This document shows, one piece after another, positions 49,046 to 64,000 of a stretch of DNA of 64,000 nucleotides. The notes beneath the pieces were generated by a model that was not told where the DNA came from, did no database searches, and worked only from the letters and a program-made list of their open reading frames with translations. This DNA comes from Zygnema circumcarinatum SAG 698-1b. Its lineage: Eukaryota > Plantae > Zygnematophyceae. The position numbers and the translations under genes were made by a program. Positions within the stretch are counted from its first letter, which is position 1. Each line of letters starts with the position of its first letter. The stretch is from contig CM074810.1 of NCBI GenBank assembly GCA_037447605.1, positions 3,894,313-3,958,312 of the forward strand, written 5' to 3'.

Positions 49046-50191
49046 ATGAGGATGGGAACGAGCAAACGGAGGTGTAAAGTCAACGGTTTGCAACTCGTTC
49101 TCGTTTTTTCAATAGCCCTGATCTATTTCCGAATATACCTGGCCATCTTGTCACCCAAGCATTCATCTGGAGAATGCAGAGAAGCAGAGGCAGAGTTAAG
49201 AGCCCTGCAAAGCTCCCTTGTCGGGTGCTCTGCAGAGCTATTTCAGCGAGGGAAGCTTTCTGCAACAGTGGCAGCAGCGGCTGATCCAAACGAGAGAGTT
49301 GACGATGGGGCTTTCACCGTGGCCGACTGGAGGGCGTCTTTGGGGGAGTGCACGGCATCGGATGCTGATTTGAAGCAGTTCGTGAAGTATGATTCACACT
49401 CTGAGTGCCCGGATGACTGGCCGACGGTAGAAGCACTGATCTGGAAAGAGAATTGTCAAAGCCTGCCGCGGCGGAAGTGCTTTGCTGCTATGCCTGAGAT
49501 ATACCCCGAACCGTACCCTTTCCCTGACGCATTATGGAGAACTCCGAGCAAAGATAGTGTCCGATGGGACCATTATGAGTGCAAAGGTTTTGACTGTCTT
49601 GCCTCCTATGATGGCGGCGTCTTCCAGCTAGAGAAGGAGAGAGCGAGATGGCATGTCAAGAGGCAAGTGAACAATGAACTTGTCCTTGATGTCTCAGCTG
49701 TTCTGGCCCTTAAAAAGGGGAGCATTAGAGTCGGGCTTGATATTGGTGGGCGCATTGGATGCTTTGCTGCACAGATGGCTGTGTATAATGTGACTATTAT
49801 CACAACAAGTGCGAATGAAGGTGTTCCTTTCTTAGAGACCTTGGCTTTGAGGGGCCTCATTGGTCTTCAGCTGTCTCCAAAAGGGAGGCTTCCTTTTTTT
49901 GACAACAGCATGGACATTGTCCACAACAAGAGAAGCATAAATTCACTGTCGCCCGATGAATTTGAGTCGGTGCTTCTGGACTGGGACAGAGTCCTTAGGC
50001 CTGGAGGGGTTCTCTGGATAGAGGAGTTTCGGCAGCCAAAGGACATAGTCGAAGATTATTTGAGCAAGCTACACTTGTTGCAATACAATGTACATCAATG
50101 GATCATGGAGTTTCTAAAGGAGAAGAGGCATGTAAGTCAGCTCACCGTGGTCCTTGAGAAACCTCTTCGGGAGGAGTTGGAGTCGATTTGA
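49046..50191 (+). CDS. Intronless type II membrane SAM-dependent methyltransferase (plant Golgi-type, At1g29790-like)
   Basis: 381-aa ORF with N-terminal TM (LQLVLVFSIALIYFRIYLAIL), CPDDW, CQSLPRRKC, IRVGLDIGGRIGCFAAQM, RLPFFDNSMDIVH, DWDRVLRPGGVLWI. Confidence 0.9.
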   Translation: MRMGTSKRRCKVNGLQLVLVFSIALIYFRIYLAILSPKHSSGECREAEAELRALQSSLVGCSAELFQRGKLSATVAAAADPNERVDDGAFTVADWRASLGECTASDADLKQFVKYDSHSECPDDWPTVEALIWKENCQSLPRRKCFAAMPEIYPEPYPFPDALWRTPSKDSVRWDHYECKGFDCLASYDGGVFQLEKERARWHVKRQVNNELVLDVSAVLALKKGSIRVGLDIGGRIGCFAAQMAVYNVTIITTSANEGVPFLETLALRGLIGLQLSPKGRLPFFDNSMDIVHNKRSINSLSPDEFESVLLDWDRVLRPGGVLWIEEFRQPKDIVEDYLSKLHLLQYNVHQWIMEFLKEKRHVSQLTVVLEKPLREELESI

Positions 50192-50957
50192 AGTTCGATT
50201 CGAAGGCCATCTAAGTGGAGCCAGTTCTGCATATCGTTATTATTTCATTCATCGGAAGCGCAGGCATGGATAGAAGAAAATGTCAGCCGCCATGGTTTTT
50301 ACTGAAAGCTTTTGGTTTTGGAATAATGATGTTTGTTGCCAGGTGCGCGGATGTCTGCGCACGTTGAAATTGGCAGAAACGTACGGTCGTGTTTCAGGGT
50401 TCTCTCGATTCTTTCGTTTTGTCTTACGGCTGGATAGGACGTTATTGAATCCCAGTTGTATCTTATGTCTTATTTTCTTTGTTTTATTCTATGAAGGGTT
50501 GCCAACTTTTCCGATGGTTGCGAACCACTGGTAAACTCTATTTCGAAATGTAATTTCCAATTCCGTACGAAACACCGTTATGAAGCGTTACCTACAGCAA
50601 AGCAAAGCAAAATCCCTAAACCCTCGCATCCCGCACGCATCACACTTCATTCTTGGAGGCGTTGTGCGCCATAGTCTGAAAGACAGGCATTCCTTTCAGG
50701 ACAACATCACGCGGCTAAAACGAACATCCGAGGAGGAACCGCACTTGTTTTGGCCATTCCTTATTCTACAAATCATCAATTAAGATTGTCACATAATTAG
50801 TCATCGACCATCTTGACGGTCGCTGGCAGGCATCTTATCGTCCATAACCGGACTTGAAGTAACATCTACAGCTGAATTGCTGACAAACACAGAAATAGAA
50901 CAATTTCGCCTGCAGAACAAGTTCGCCTCATCCCCTAAATGGGTGCCGGTAAGTCCG

Positions 50958-53709
50958 TTACGACTCCTTCAGTTTCTTCCAATCCCGCTTGTCCTTTGAC
51001 TGCCTTAGTTGATGCTGCTTGAGGAAGCGCGCCCAGCGCACGGGCTGGACCCAGCCCTGCGGGATGACGTAGGAGCCCTTCTTGTTGCGCACGTGCCCCA
51101 TGCAGTTGAAGTGCACTATGCGCCAACACGTGCCGTTCGCCTCCTTGCCGCGCGCATTCAGGCCCAAAAACGGTACCGGCTTCGAGCAGCCGCTCACATT
51201 CCACATGCGCGGGAGGATCCGGCAGATGCGCTTGTACTGCTTGCAGATCCACATGAAGAGCCACTGGTCCCCGTCCTCCACATACTCCTTCAAGGACTTC
51301 GGAGCGCGCCCCTTCAGTGCCGTGACAAGGAGCTGAGCCAAAAGAATGTTTGTACAATCAGGAGAAACAAAGAGAAAGGGAGTGAGATCAGCTGGCGTTG
51401 ACCTGTTGAGTCATGTTGGGCCTAGAAGGAAGCTTCAGGAGAAAAGCGATGTTCAAGCGATTAAGTAATTAAGGATTAGTCATGTTTCTGGCACAAGAGG
51501 TCCAGATACCGGTTCCTGGTTGTAAAGCTTTGCTGGAAATGTGTATCGAACAATTCTTTGGCATGTGCGGAAATACAGCAGGCGTGCAGGACTTCACCTT
51601 TGTGAGGTTTGCTTTCCGTATCCGGTCCAGGTCAAGCACAAGCTGACAGCTGCAGTATGGTCTGAGAAAGCGTCTCTTGTTATGACCCTCCGGGTGATTG
51701 TTGCCCATCCAGTATAGCAACTGGTGATCTCGAGTCATCTCTCCAAAATACTCCCACAAGTCTTGGATGTCTCCTGCGAAAAGCATGTCCACATCGAGGT
51801 ACACGGCCCGCTTCACTTGCCACAGAATGTCTGCCACGAAAAACTTGCACATTCCCGGCACCCCCGCGTGATGCGCCAAAGGGAAGAGGCTGAGTTCTTG
51901 AGCGCGCTGCACCACCCACTCCGTCGGAATCATATGTAGACTGTACAGGACGGCCGCATCGCCGGGGGTGCTGGCATTCGCATAGCCGCGGTAGTTACTG
52001 GAGGGGCGAGAGGAGAGGGTGAAGGGAGCAGGGTTGGGAAGCATCATCCATGCACCAATTGCCTCCATCATCGCTGGAATGGCGGTGATCTCAGGAGCTC
52101 CCGCGACTAGAAAATGGATCCATAGTTTACACCTCGTTTGGGAAATGATGGATTTCAGCATGTTTCTTGTCTCCTCCTGCGGGAAAAGGAACGAAAAATG
52201 ACAGTGTTACAGCAAAGGACTTCACAAGATATAAAAATTCAACCTTGCATGAGTCCCACTAGCCCCTTCCACACAGCATCTGCTCGCATAGGGGATCTAC
52301 CGCCTAAATTGTGATCCAACGTCACACCATCACCAAGCGTTCACATATGCAGGGGATGGACAGGGTGAGAGGCAGAAACAAGTCAGTACAGTTGTGAAAA
52401 AAAAAGGTGAGGGGCAGATAGTACGAGACAAAAGAGGAGAAGTGCACAGGAGAAGGAGTGGGGCATACGGGAACTGCTTATACTACATAGCCTGTAACCC
52501 ATCCCATGCCCCGCTCACTCCTTGATGCCCTCCCACCTGTGTGAAGGGCTCCCTGTACCACATGGCCGACACAAACACGACATGAATGCGCTCGCGCAGC
52601 TTGAGCTTGCAGGCCCCCGACTTCCGGGGCACTCCGCACTCTTCCGCCTCCGCCACCTCAATGATCGACTTCTTTGCAGCAGGAGGGTCTCCTCGGGGCT
52701 TTTCCTCACTTCCTCCATCCTCTCCGCCTCCCATGTCCAAGACAGGCAGCTCCGAATCATTCTCCCATGCATTGTCCTCCAGATGAAGGTCAGCAGGGAG
52801 CCCTGATTCTGCAATTCTGTTACCATTGCGGAACAACTCTGTGAGAGGTAAACCGAAGCCAATCACTGAGAGTGTTATTGTGCAGGCCTGTTGTTCCACT
52901 CTACTATAACATGAACCTGATCTGACATCCGCTAGGGTATACCCTACAACCTTATGCCCAGCGAAGTCATAATGGCAACCTTTCATCTCAAATATATAAG
53001 AAAATCGAACTATTGTCCTACTGTCATCCATTCTTGCCCCTAGCAAATCTCACTCAATCCTTGCCGTCGTCCTAGCCCTGAATCTCGATGAGATTCCATC
53101 AGAAAGGTCCCAGCGGAAACTCAGCAAGATTTAAATAAAGAACATACGCCACCTGGCACAAACTGAACCGGGTTGCACCCACATCATGGCCTAGATCCGA
53201 CAATCCAGAGTCAAAACTCTACAGTATTGGCTTCAAACACTTCAAAACTAAACACTAAATACCCAAATTATTACTATTAAGTTAGAAATATACAATTTAG
53301 CGTATCTGGTGATTATAAACCCTAGAGTTCTAATCAGGGTTTCCACAGAGAGATGCAAGGATCACATTTAAAGGGAAAAATGCTTTGATCATAAACTTTT
53401 TCTATTTTTCTGCAACTTTGCCTCGAGAACAGCTTCCTTATAACTACCAAGCAGACGTCAACCAATTGAGCTTGATTTAAATGCTTTTCGCAGAAGACCC
53501 TCCACAGTATAAGTTAAAACAGGAAATGATCAAATTCCCAAGCTCGCCGTATTTTTCAGAGGTAAAGGGCACATTGGAGTGCTGAGCAAGCTCTACCTGT
53601 CACGGCATTTGAAAATTACCACGCCGCCCATGATTAGCAGGACCCCCAGAGAAAGCAGCGCGCGGAGGCGCCCTAGCATGGACATGCGCTGCCTTGGTCG
53701 AACAGCCAT
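50958..53709 (-). CDS. Type II membrane glycosyltransferase family 8, LARGE/xylosyltransferase-like
   Basis: Exons 53709-53597 (TM anchor ALLSLGVLLIMGGVVIF), an exon ending at 52537 whose acceptor is unresolved (about 52800-52920), 52176-51598, 51332-50958. Motifs IHVVFVS, HHAGVPGMCK, AVYLDVD (DxD), GDIQDLWEYF, GDQ, LPRMWN, IVHFNC. Confidence 0.82.
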
Positions 53710-54339
53710 AGCGGGGGAGGAGTCACATGCCAATACTGCACGCATTCCTTCTTTCTCCCTTTCCGTCCTTCCTCCCCTCTTCTTCTCTTCTTCTCGCCTC
53801 CTTCCAATCGCTTTCTTCTTTCCGTGTACTTTTCCCTTTGTTCCTCCCCTCCTCCTCTGCTTCCTCGCGATGGACCTTCCTCACTTACACAGAGATATCT
53901 CCCATCCACTTGGTTAAGCTGCCGTTGAACCTTCGCCACAATCTAATTCCTCCGTTGTTTCTCCCCGCTTACTTCGCTCGCCGCCGACACGCCCTCCCGC
54001 CGCCCTCACAACGAAGTGAGCGTCCATGAGTCGAGTTCAGGCAGCGGTGCGTCCTCTGCCCTGCCCAGCGCCGAGCCGGCCTCTCGCTTCTACCGTAGCT
54101 CCTCCCTAGACAGGCACAGACACAGGCCCACACAGACACAGACAGGCCAAGACAGAGACACAGGGAGGACCAGACACAGGCACAGACATAGGCATAGAGA
54201 GGCACAGACAGGGCAGACACAGACACAGACGCAGGCCCAGACAGGCCCAGGGCCGCCCGCAGCCGGGTACAGGCGTCCGCTCGCTCCCTCCCTCCCTCCG
54301 CCCACGCCGCGGTTGGCGGTTCACTGGTCCGTACGACCA

Positions 54340-54356
54340 TGTACGGTTTCATACGG
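54340..54356 (+). promoter_or_regulatory. TGTACGGTTTCATACGG double-GTAC-like motif
   Basis: Ends 212 nt before CSP41a ATG; preceded by CCGTACGA at 54329. Confidence 0.5.
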
Positions 54357-54567
54357 CTTCATCTCGCTCCATGCGCGCAACGGAGCTGCGAGCATGAAAC
54401 GGAGCGCGCGCCCGCGCGCCCCCGCGCAGCCACACAGTCCGCCGCCACGTGGCATTATGCCGCCTTCCTCCCGCCCTCCGGCCTCTATCCCTCCCTCCCT
54501 CCCTACTCTCTCCCTCCCGCCCTCCCTCCCTCGTCCGCACCGGAAGCAGCAGCGACCTTAGGCCGCC

Positions 54568-58432
<3,865 letters not shown>

Positions 58433-58888
58433 GCTTGACGTGGGGGCGGGACCCCGGCATGCAGTTGTTGATCATTAGTCAAAGTGAAAGATCTTGAGTA
58501 GCGTCATCCCTTGCAGCTTAGCGGCTATTAATAGCTTGAGCATTACCACAATAAGCAGAGCAGCGCTGAAATCAGCGGAGAGAATTCATGACGGCATTGG
58601 TAGGCAAGCACAGCTTCAGGCTGAAGCGGCCGGTCCTTAGTGACGAGGAGTGCGTAGAGTTTAGTTGTCGCAGAAACAGTCCTCGCGGGCGGCCTGGCCT
58701 GCCGCCTTAGGGCGCGGGCGCGGGCATCGGAGTAGCCGGCGAGCCCGCGGGAGCCCTTCTGTAGTTAATCACCATTTTTCCCGGCTTTAACTTATTCTGC
58801 TTCTCCCGCGCTCGTTCGCCCTCTCCCTCCCGCCGCCGCTCGCGAGTCTCCGCCCGCCCGCTGGCCGCGGCGGTCGGTCTGTCAGCGC

Positions 58889-58917
58889 CGGTCCGGTCCG
58901 GTCCGGTCCGGTCCGGT
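58889..58917. repeat. (CCGGT)n pentamer repeat in a GC-rich promoter-like segment
   Basis: ccggtccggtccggtccggtccggtccggt. Confidence 0.85.
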
Positions 58918-59005
58918 CGCTGCCCGCCCGCAGGCAGTCAGGCACTCGCGGATCTTCAACGAGCACTGTGCCGTGCGCCTGTGCGTGGTAAGTGGCTACG
59001 ACAAC

Positions 59006-60235
<1,230 letters not shown>

Positions 60236-60239
60236 GGAA

Positions 60240-60279
60240 GGAAAATGGCATTGAATTCACGATGGCGAGGCCATCAAAT
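60240..60279 (+). repeat. Truncated copy (left ~40 bp) of the dispersed element
   Basis: GGAAAATGGCATTGAATTCACGATGGCGAGGCCATCAAAT, nearly identical to the left end of copy 1. Confidence 0.88.
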
Positions 60280-61487
60280 ATATGTATATGTATATGCATA
60301 TGAGCTGCTAGTGACCTTGTCCGGCATAGTCGGCATGTCGGACAATGACATAAGAAAGAACGTCAAATGTACCTTCACTACATGATAGTGACAGAGTGGT
60401 GGCAAGTATTGAACTAATAAATGCTACTAGTGTACACTAGCAGGACGCGTTATCTACGCATAAATTCCAAACGAGTGAACCTCCGCCAATACCTGGTGGT
60501 TCCCTACGTTGAATTTGCTTGCTACAGTGCAGGGTCAAATTTCGTTGCACGCAAATTCGGATACCATAGCGGGAAGCGAAGTCCTTCTCCCCCTGCTAGG
60601 GATTCGGAAAAATTGTTGGTCAACAGTTTGTAGTTCGAAGACAGATCGGACTGCAGGCGGCATCGGCCAGATGCTGGGCACAACGCTGATGCCTCGAGGA
60701 GGGTCTGACTGTAATGGGGCGTAGCGGAGGCAGACTACCCGCGTCACGTCATCCTGCGAGCTAACGAGACAGACAGCTCTTCACGCAGGTTTACTCACTC
60801 ATGCTAGAAGCCATTTAGCCGGTCTTGCCGAGGTATTCTAATGGCCATGTTCCCATTCAATTGGCTTTGGCGAAATGTTCGACAGGAGGCTGACTTTGGT
60901 GCAAGCGGACGCTGAGCTGCTGGGCCTTGTGCACTTAGAACGGAAGCCACCGAAGGTCCCGGTCTGCTCATTAGACACATCACATCTACAGATCGAGAGA
61001 GAACCCGAGCGAGAACCCTTCCCCGCCCCCACCCACCCCCCCCCACCCCCCCCCTTCCCCCCTCATGCGACAGGAAACCATCCAGAGAAAGGGATATTGC
61101 GGTTTGCCAGCCATCCATATTCAACAAAGACCGCAAAGCCAAAAATCCTTTGGCTGCTCTCAGTCCCTACACTCAGACAGCCATCTATAACTTAAACAAA
61201 ATCAGGGGACCTGCCTACACACCGAGTCACTGAGTCCAATTGAGTCTCCACAGTCGGGACGACGCTGCTCCGCAATTTCAATAAGTGCGCAACCCTGGGA
61301 CGGAAAAGGAAAAGCGTGGGAGTATACAAAAGTGTACGGTCGCTGCAAGCAAAGCAAGCGTGCCCACTGTGACCTGCACACCGGGCAGTGGATTGTTGAC
61401 TTTCACCTTGACTACGAAATGACCAAATTTTCCTACATACAGTTGTGGGCCCCTCACTCCCTTCGATTGCGCTTGGTGATCGCAGTT

Positions 61488-63190
61488 TCAGTCGTCTTGT
61501 AAGATCCCAAGGACGATGGAGGCCGTGAAGGTGCCCAGGCCGGCGACTCCCAGCAGCGTCGCAATGGTGTACTGGTCGACCAAGAGACCGTGCTATCGTC
61601 CGGCACAATGATGTAAGTGAGAATTGCCCTGAGCACGAGGGGCAAAGAGAGGGAGGCCAGGGCGGTTGGGGAGTGACGCTGTGCAAGTTCTCCACTAGGG
61701 ACAGAACTCCAAGAGACTCCAGCTCTTTGAAAGCAGCTGCTTCGGATCTCGACAGGGAAAACCCAAACGACCTACAGCTTCGAAAGTAGTCCAGCCGCCT
61801 TCGATATTGGTAAGCAGCTTCTTCTTCTCTAAGCTCTTCACCAAGTTTACCTGGCTAACCTCACTGTTCTCGGCAAAAATGCCATATGAAAAGAACTTCT
61901 TCGTCCACTCATCATCGTATGCATTGACCTGCACGTAAAAACATCGTTAGAACGCCAACTAAAGATGTGTTCGTCACAATAGCACCAGTAGGGCATGCAA
62001 ACAACAGTGCGTCCAGCTACTCTGACCATCAAATCCATCCCCTAGCAAACTGCACGTCTTGAAGCTCTTTCTTTTCTGAAATGGGGTACTTTCGGGCCTT
62101 TCAGCAAACTTCCAAACTGAGCCAATTCGCATTAGCTTCCCAATTGGCACTGATGCTTCGACACATGTAGACGTCATTCATGAGATCTTTTCAACATCAG
62201 TTATACTGGCGCGTCCTGGATACAGAAACGCAAGAACTGTACTGATAACGAGAGAGCACTTTTCAGTGCGAACGTGAAACTCATGAGAGATTGGCACTAC
62301 CTGTACAGTACTTTACGTTTAAGCTAACGCGATAACTTCTGATTATCCTACGAGTTCTGTAGATCTCAGCATATCGGTGCTGATGCCATCATTCATTCGA
62401 TCGATATAGTGGGTAACACAAGTCACTGGCCTTCCAAGTTCCAGGTTCATGACCATCCTCGAGTAAGCCGGGACATGGCAAGGCCGACTCTCTACACTTG
62501 GATCACCGAGACATCTGAAGTGAGCGCAGGTGACGATACTACGTTGAGCTCAGTTCATGTATTGAATCCCCACACTTGAACATGACGAAGATATAGTCCG
62601 CCCCGCAGTCGCATGAACTTTGGCCTTTCTCACTTTAAAGGTGATCTGACAGCAATCGCCGACTTAATCGCACCCATGCTTTTGTACTCCCTATTGAGAA
62701 ACTTAGTGCGGGCCCACAGTGCCAACATAAACGACTGAAGCAAAACATATGGAAGGGCCTGCAATAAACCTACGTGACTCAGCCCTCACGGAGACAAAAT
62801 GCGAATACATGGAAGTACCTGCATTACCCCTATGACATAAATCGATCAACAACGTAGAACCGCATCATGAAAGAGTCCGAATAGAACCTAAAATGAAAAT
62901 GAAAATGATGTAAGTGGATGCTAAACAAGGAAACGAGGTGTGATGCTGCTCGTCAGCACGCAGTCCTTCAAAATGCAATACAAAACAGAACATGCAACAC
63001 ACAAGCCGCCACCTTCCTGACCTTCTTCTTGACCGCCATGGCTACAACGAGAGGCCGCGGTGCAGACGCCTTGCTAGAGCGGCTACGCGGCGCAGAGGCA
63101 AGAGTAGGGCAGCCGCGGGCGACAGAAGAGCCATAGAGCGGAGGGCACGCCGGCCACAGCCTGCGCCTGCGACAGCATGGAAGCCGCCAT
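61488..63190 (-). pseudogene. RIQ2: RIQ2-like (DUF1118) thylakoid protein gene with multiple frameshifts: pseudogene or sequencing errors
   Basis: Exons 63190-63022 and 61928-61488. Pieces VVAMAVKKK|VNAYDDEWTKKFFSYGIFAENSE..LEKKKLLTNIE, AGLLSKL, ESLGVLSLVENL, ALASLSLP..IIVPDDST, LVDQYTIATLLG..IVLGILQDD* follow the recalled RIQ2 order but switch frame at least five times. Confidence 0.75.
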
Positions 63191-64000
63191 GGCCGCGCTC
63201 CTGCAGGGAGAGAGGGAGGGAGGGAGGGAGGGAGCGATGGAGGGAGGGAGCGAGGGTGGGAGCGAGGGTGGGGCGGAGGGCGGACGAGGCGAGGCGAGGC
63301 GAGGCGAGGCGGCGCTGCGGAGTGAGGGAGCAGGCGGGCGGCGTGTGCGGCGCTGCGACGGCCACGTGGCGTCGCGGCACGGGCCGGGGTGCGGCGGACC
63401 CTTTGCCCGCGCGGTACGGCTGGGCTGTCGCTAACTACAGTATAGCTCCGTATTATAGAGGATTGCCGCGCCTTCTGGACCTGTGAGTAGGGAAGAGAAC
63501 GCAGTATTACCACTATATTAATGGGAAAATATAATGGTCTTCATATTGGCGTCTTCATTTTCGTGAAAATACTTTTTGGCTACTTCTCTCGGGACGGGAG
63601 ATCTACGCGCCGCCGGGCAAGGGATTCGGGACATCAGGTATCGAGCGCAGGCCAGCACGCTGGGGCGCTCTGCGCAGTTTTACGCAGCCACTGAAATTTC
63701 AAGTCGAATACGCTGCGTTTTTCGCTGGCTGTAGCCTCGGCCACGGGTCCCCATGCCGCATAAATGACCCCCATAATAAGTTCTCGACTCAGAAGCTAAG
63801 GCCCCAAGAAATTGCCCGATTTTGCCGAAAACCACCTTTTTGTACCGGTAACTCAATGTTATCGCGACAGGGTGTTAACCTAACCCCACCTATTCTCCAA
63901 GACAAAATCGCTAATCTAAACGATTTCAAACACGGTCACGCTTTCACTGCATCTGCAGTTAATTTAATGTGTCTCTGGTCGCATTCGGTGATACATTTTA

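Overview
Eukaryotic nuclear DNA, gene-dense (about 15 protein-coding loci in 64 kb), with GT-AG introns, GCC(GCC)ATGG start contexts, telo-boxes and plastid-targeted genes (CSP41a, RIQ2-like). Gene content is land-plant-like but the architecture is compact and repeat-rich; I infer a streptophyte green alga (Zygnematophyceae-like), which cannot be proven from this window. Exons were joined by hand from splice signals, phase continuity and recalled family motifs; no database searches were run. Loci in order: PEPRK/CDPK-related kinase (-), AP-3 delta (-), organellar Der/EngA GTPase (+), tail-anchored unknown (-), bacterial-type 'AISFMEAW' membrane protein (+), TRF4-like nucleotidyltransferase (+), alpha/beta-hydrolase lipase (-), OprB-like porin (-), LCBK2/YegS-like lipid kinase (+), TIGR01589-domain protein (+), UBA protein (-), intronless SAM methyltransferase (+), LARGE-like GT8 (-), CSP41a (+), frameshifted RIQ2-like locus (-). 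No rRNA, tRNA, CRISPR or transposase was recognised. The most interesting signals are: (1) a nuclear plastid-type gene that appears to keep the cyanobacterial SLH/coiled-coil/OprB porin layout; (2) a ~160-bp non-coding element found twice in full and once in part; (3) a shared TGTACGGTT(T)CRTAC promoter motif and a 12-bp-phased TGTACGG array; (4) a metazoan-LARGE-like GT8; (5) a bacterial-type membrane protein with one intron; (6) a perfect 27-bp intronic hairpin. Two N gaps lie at 590-599 and 45039-45138.
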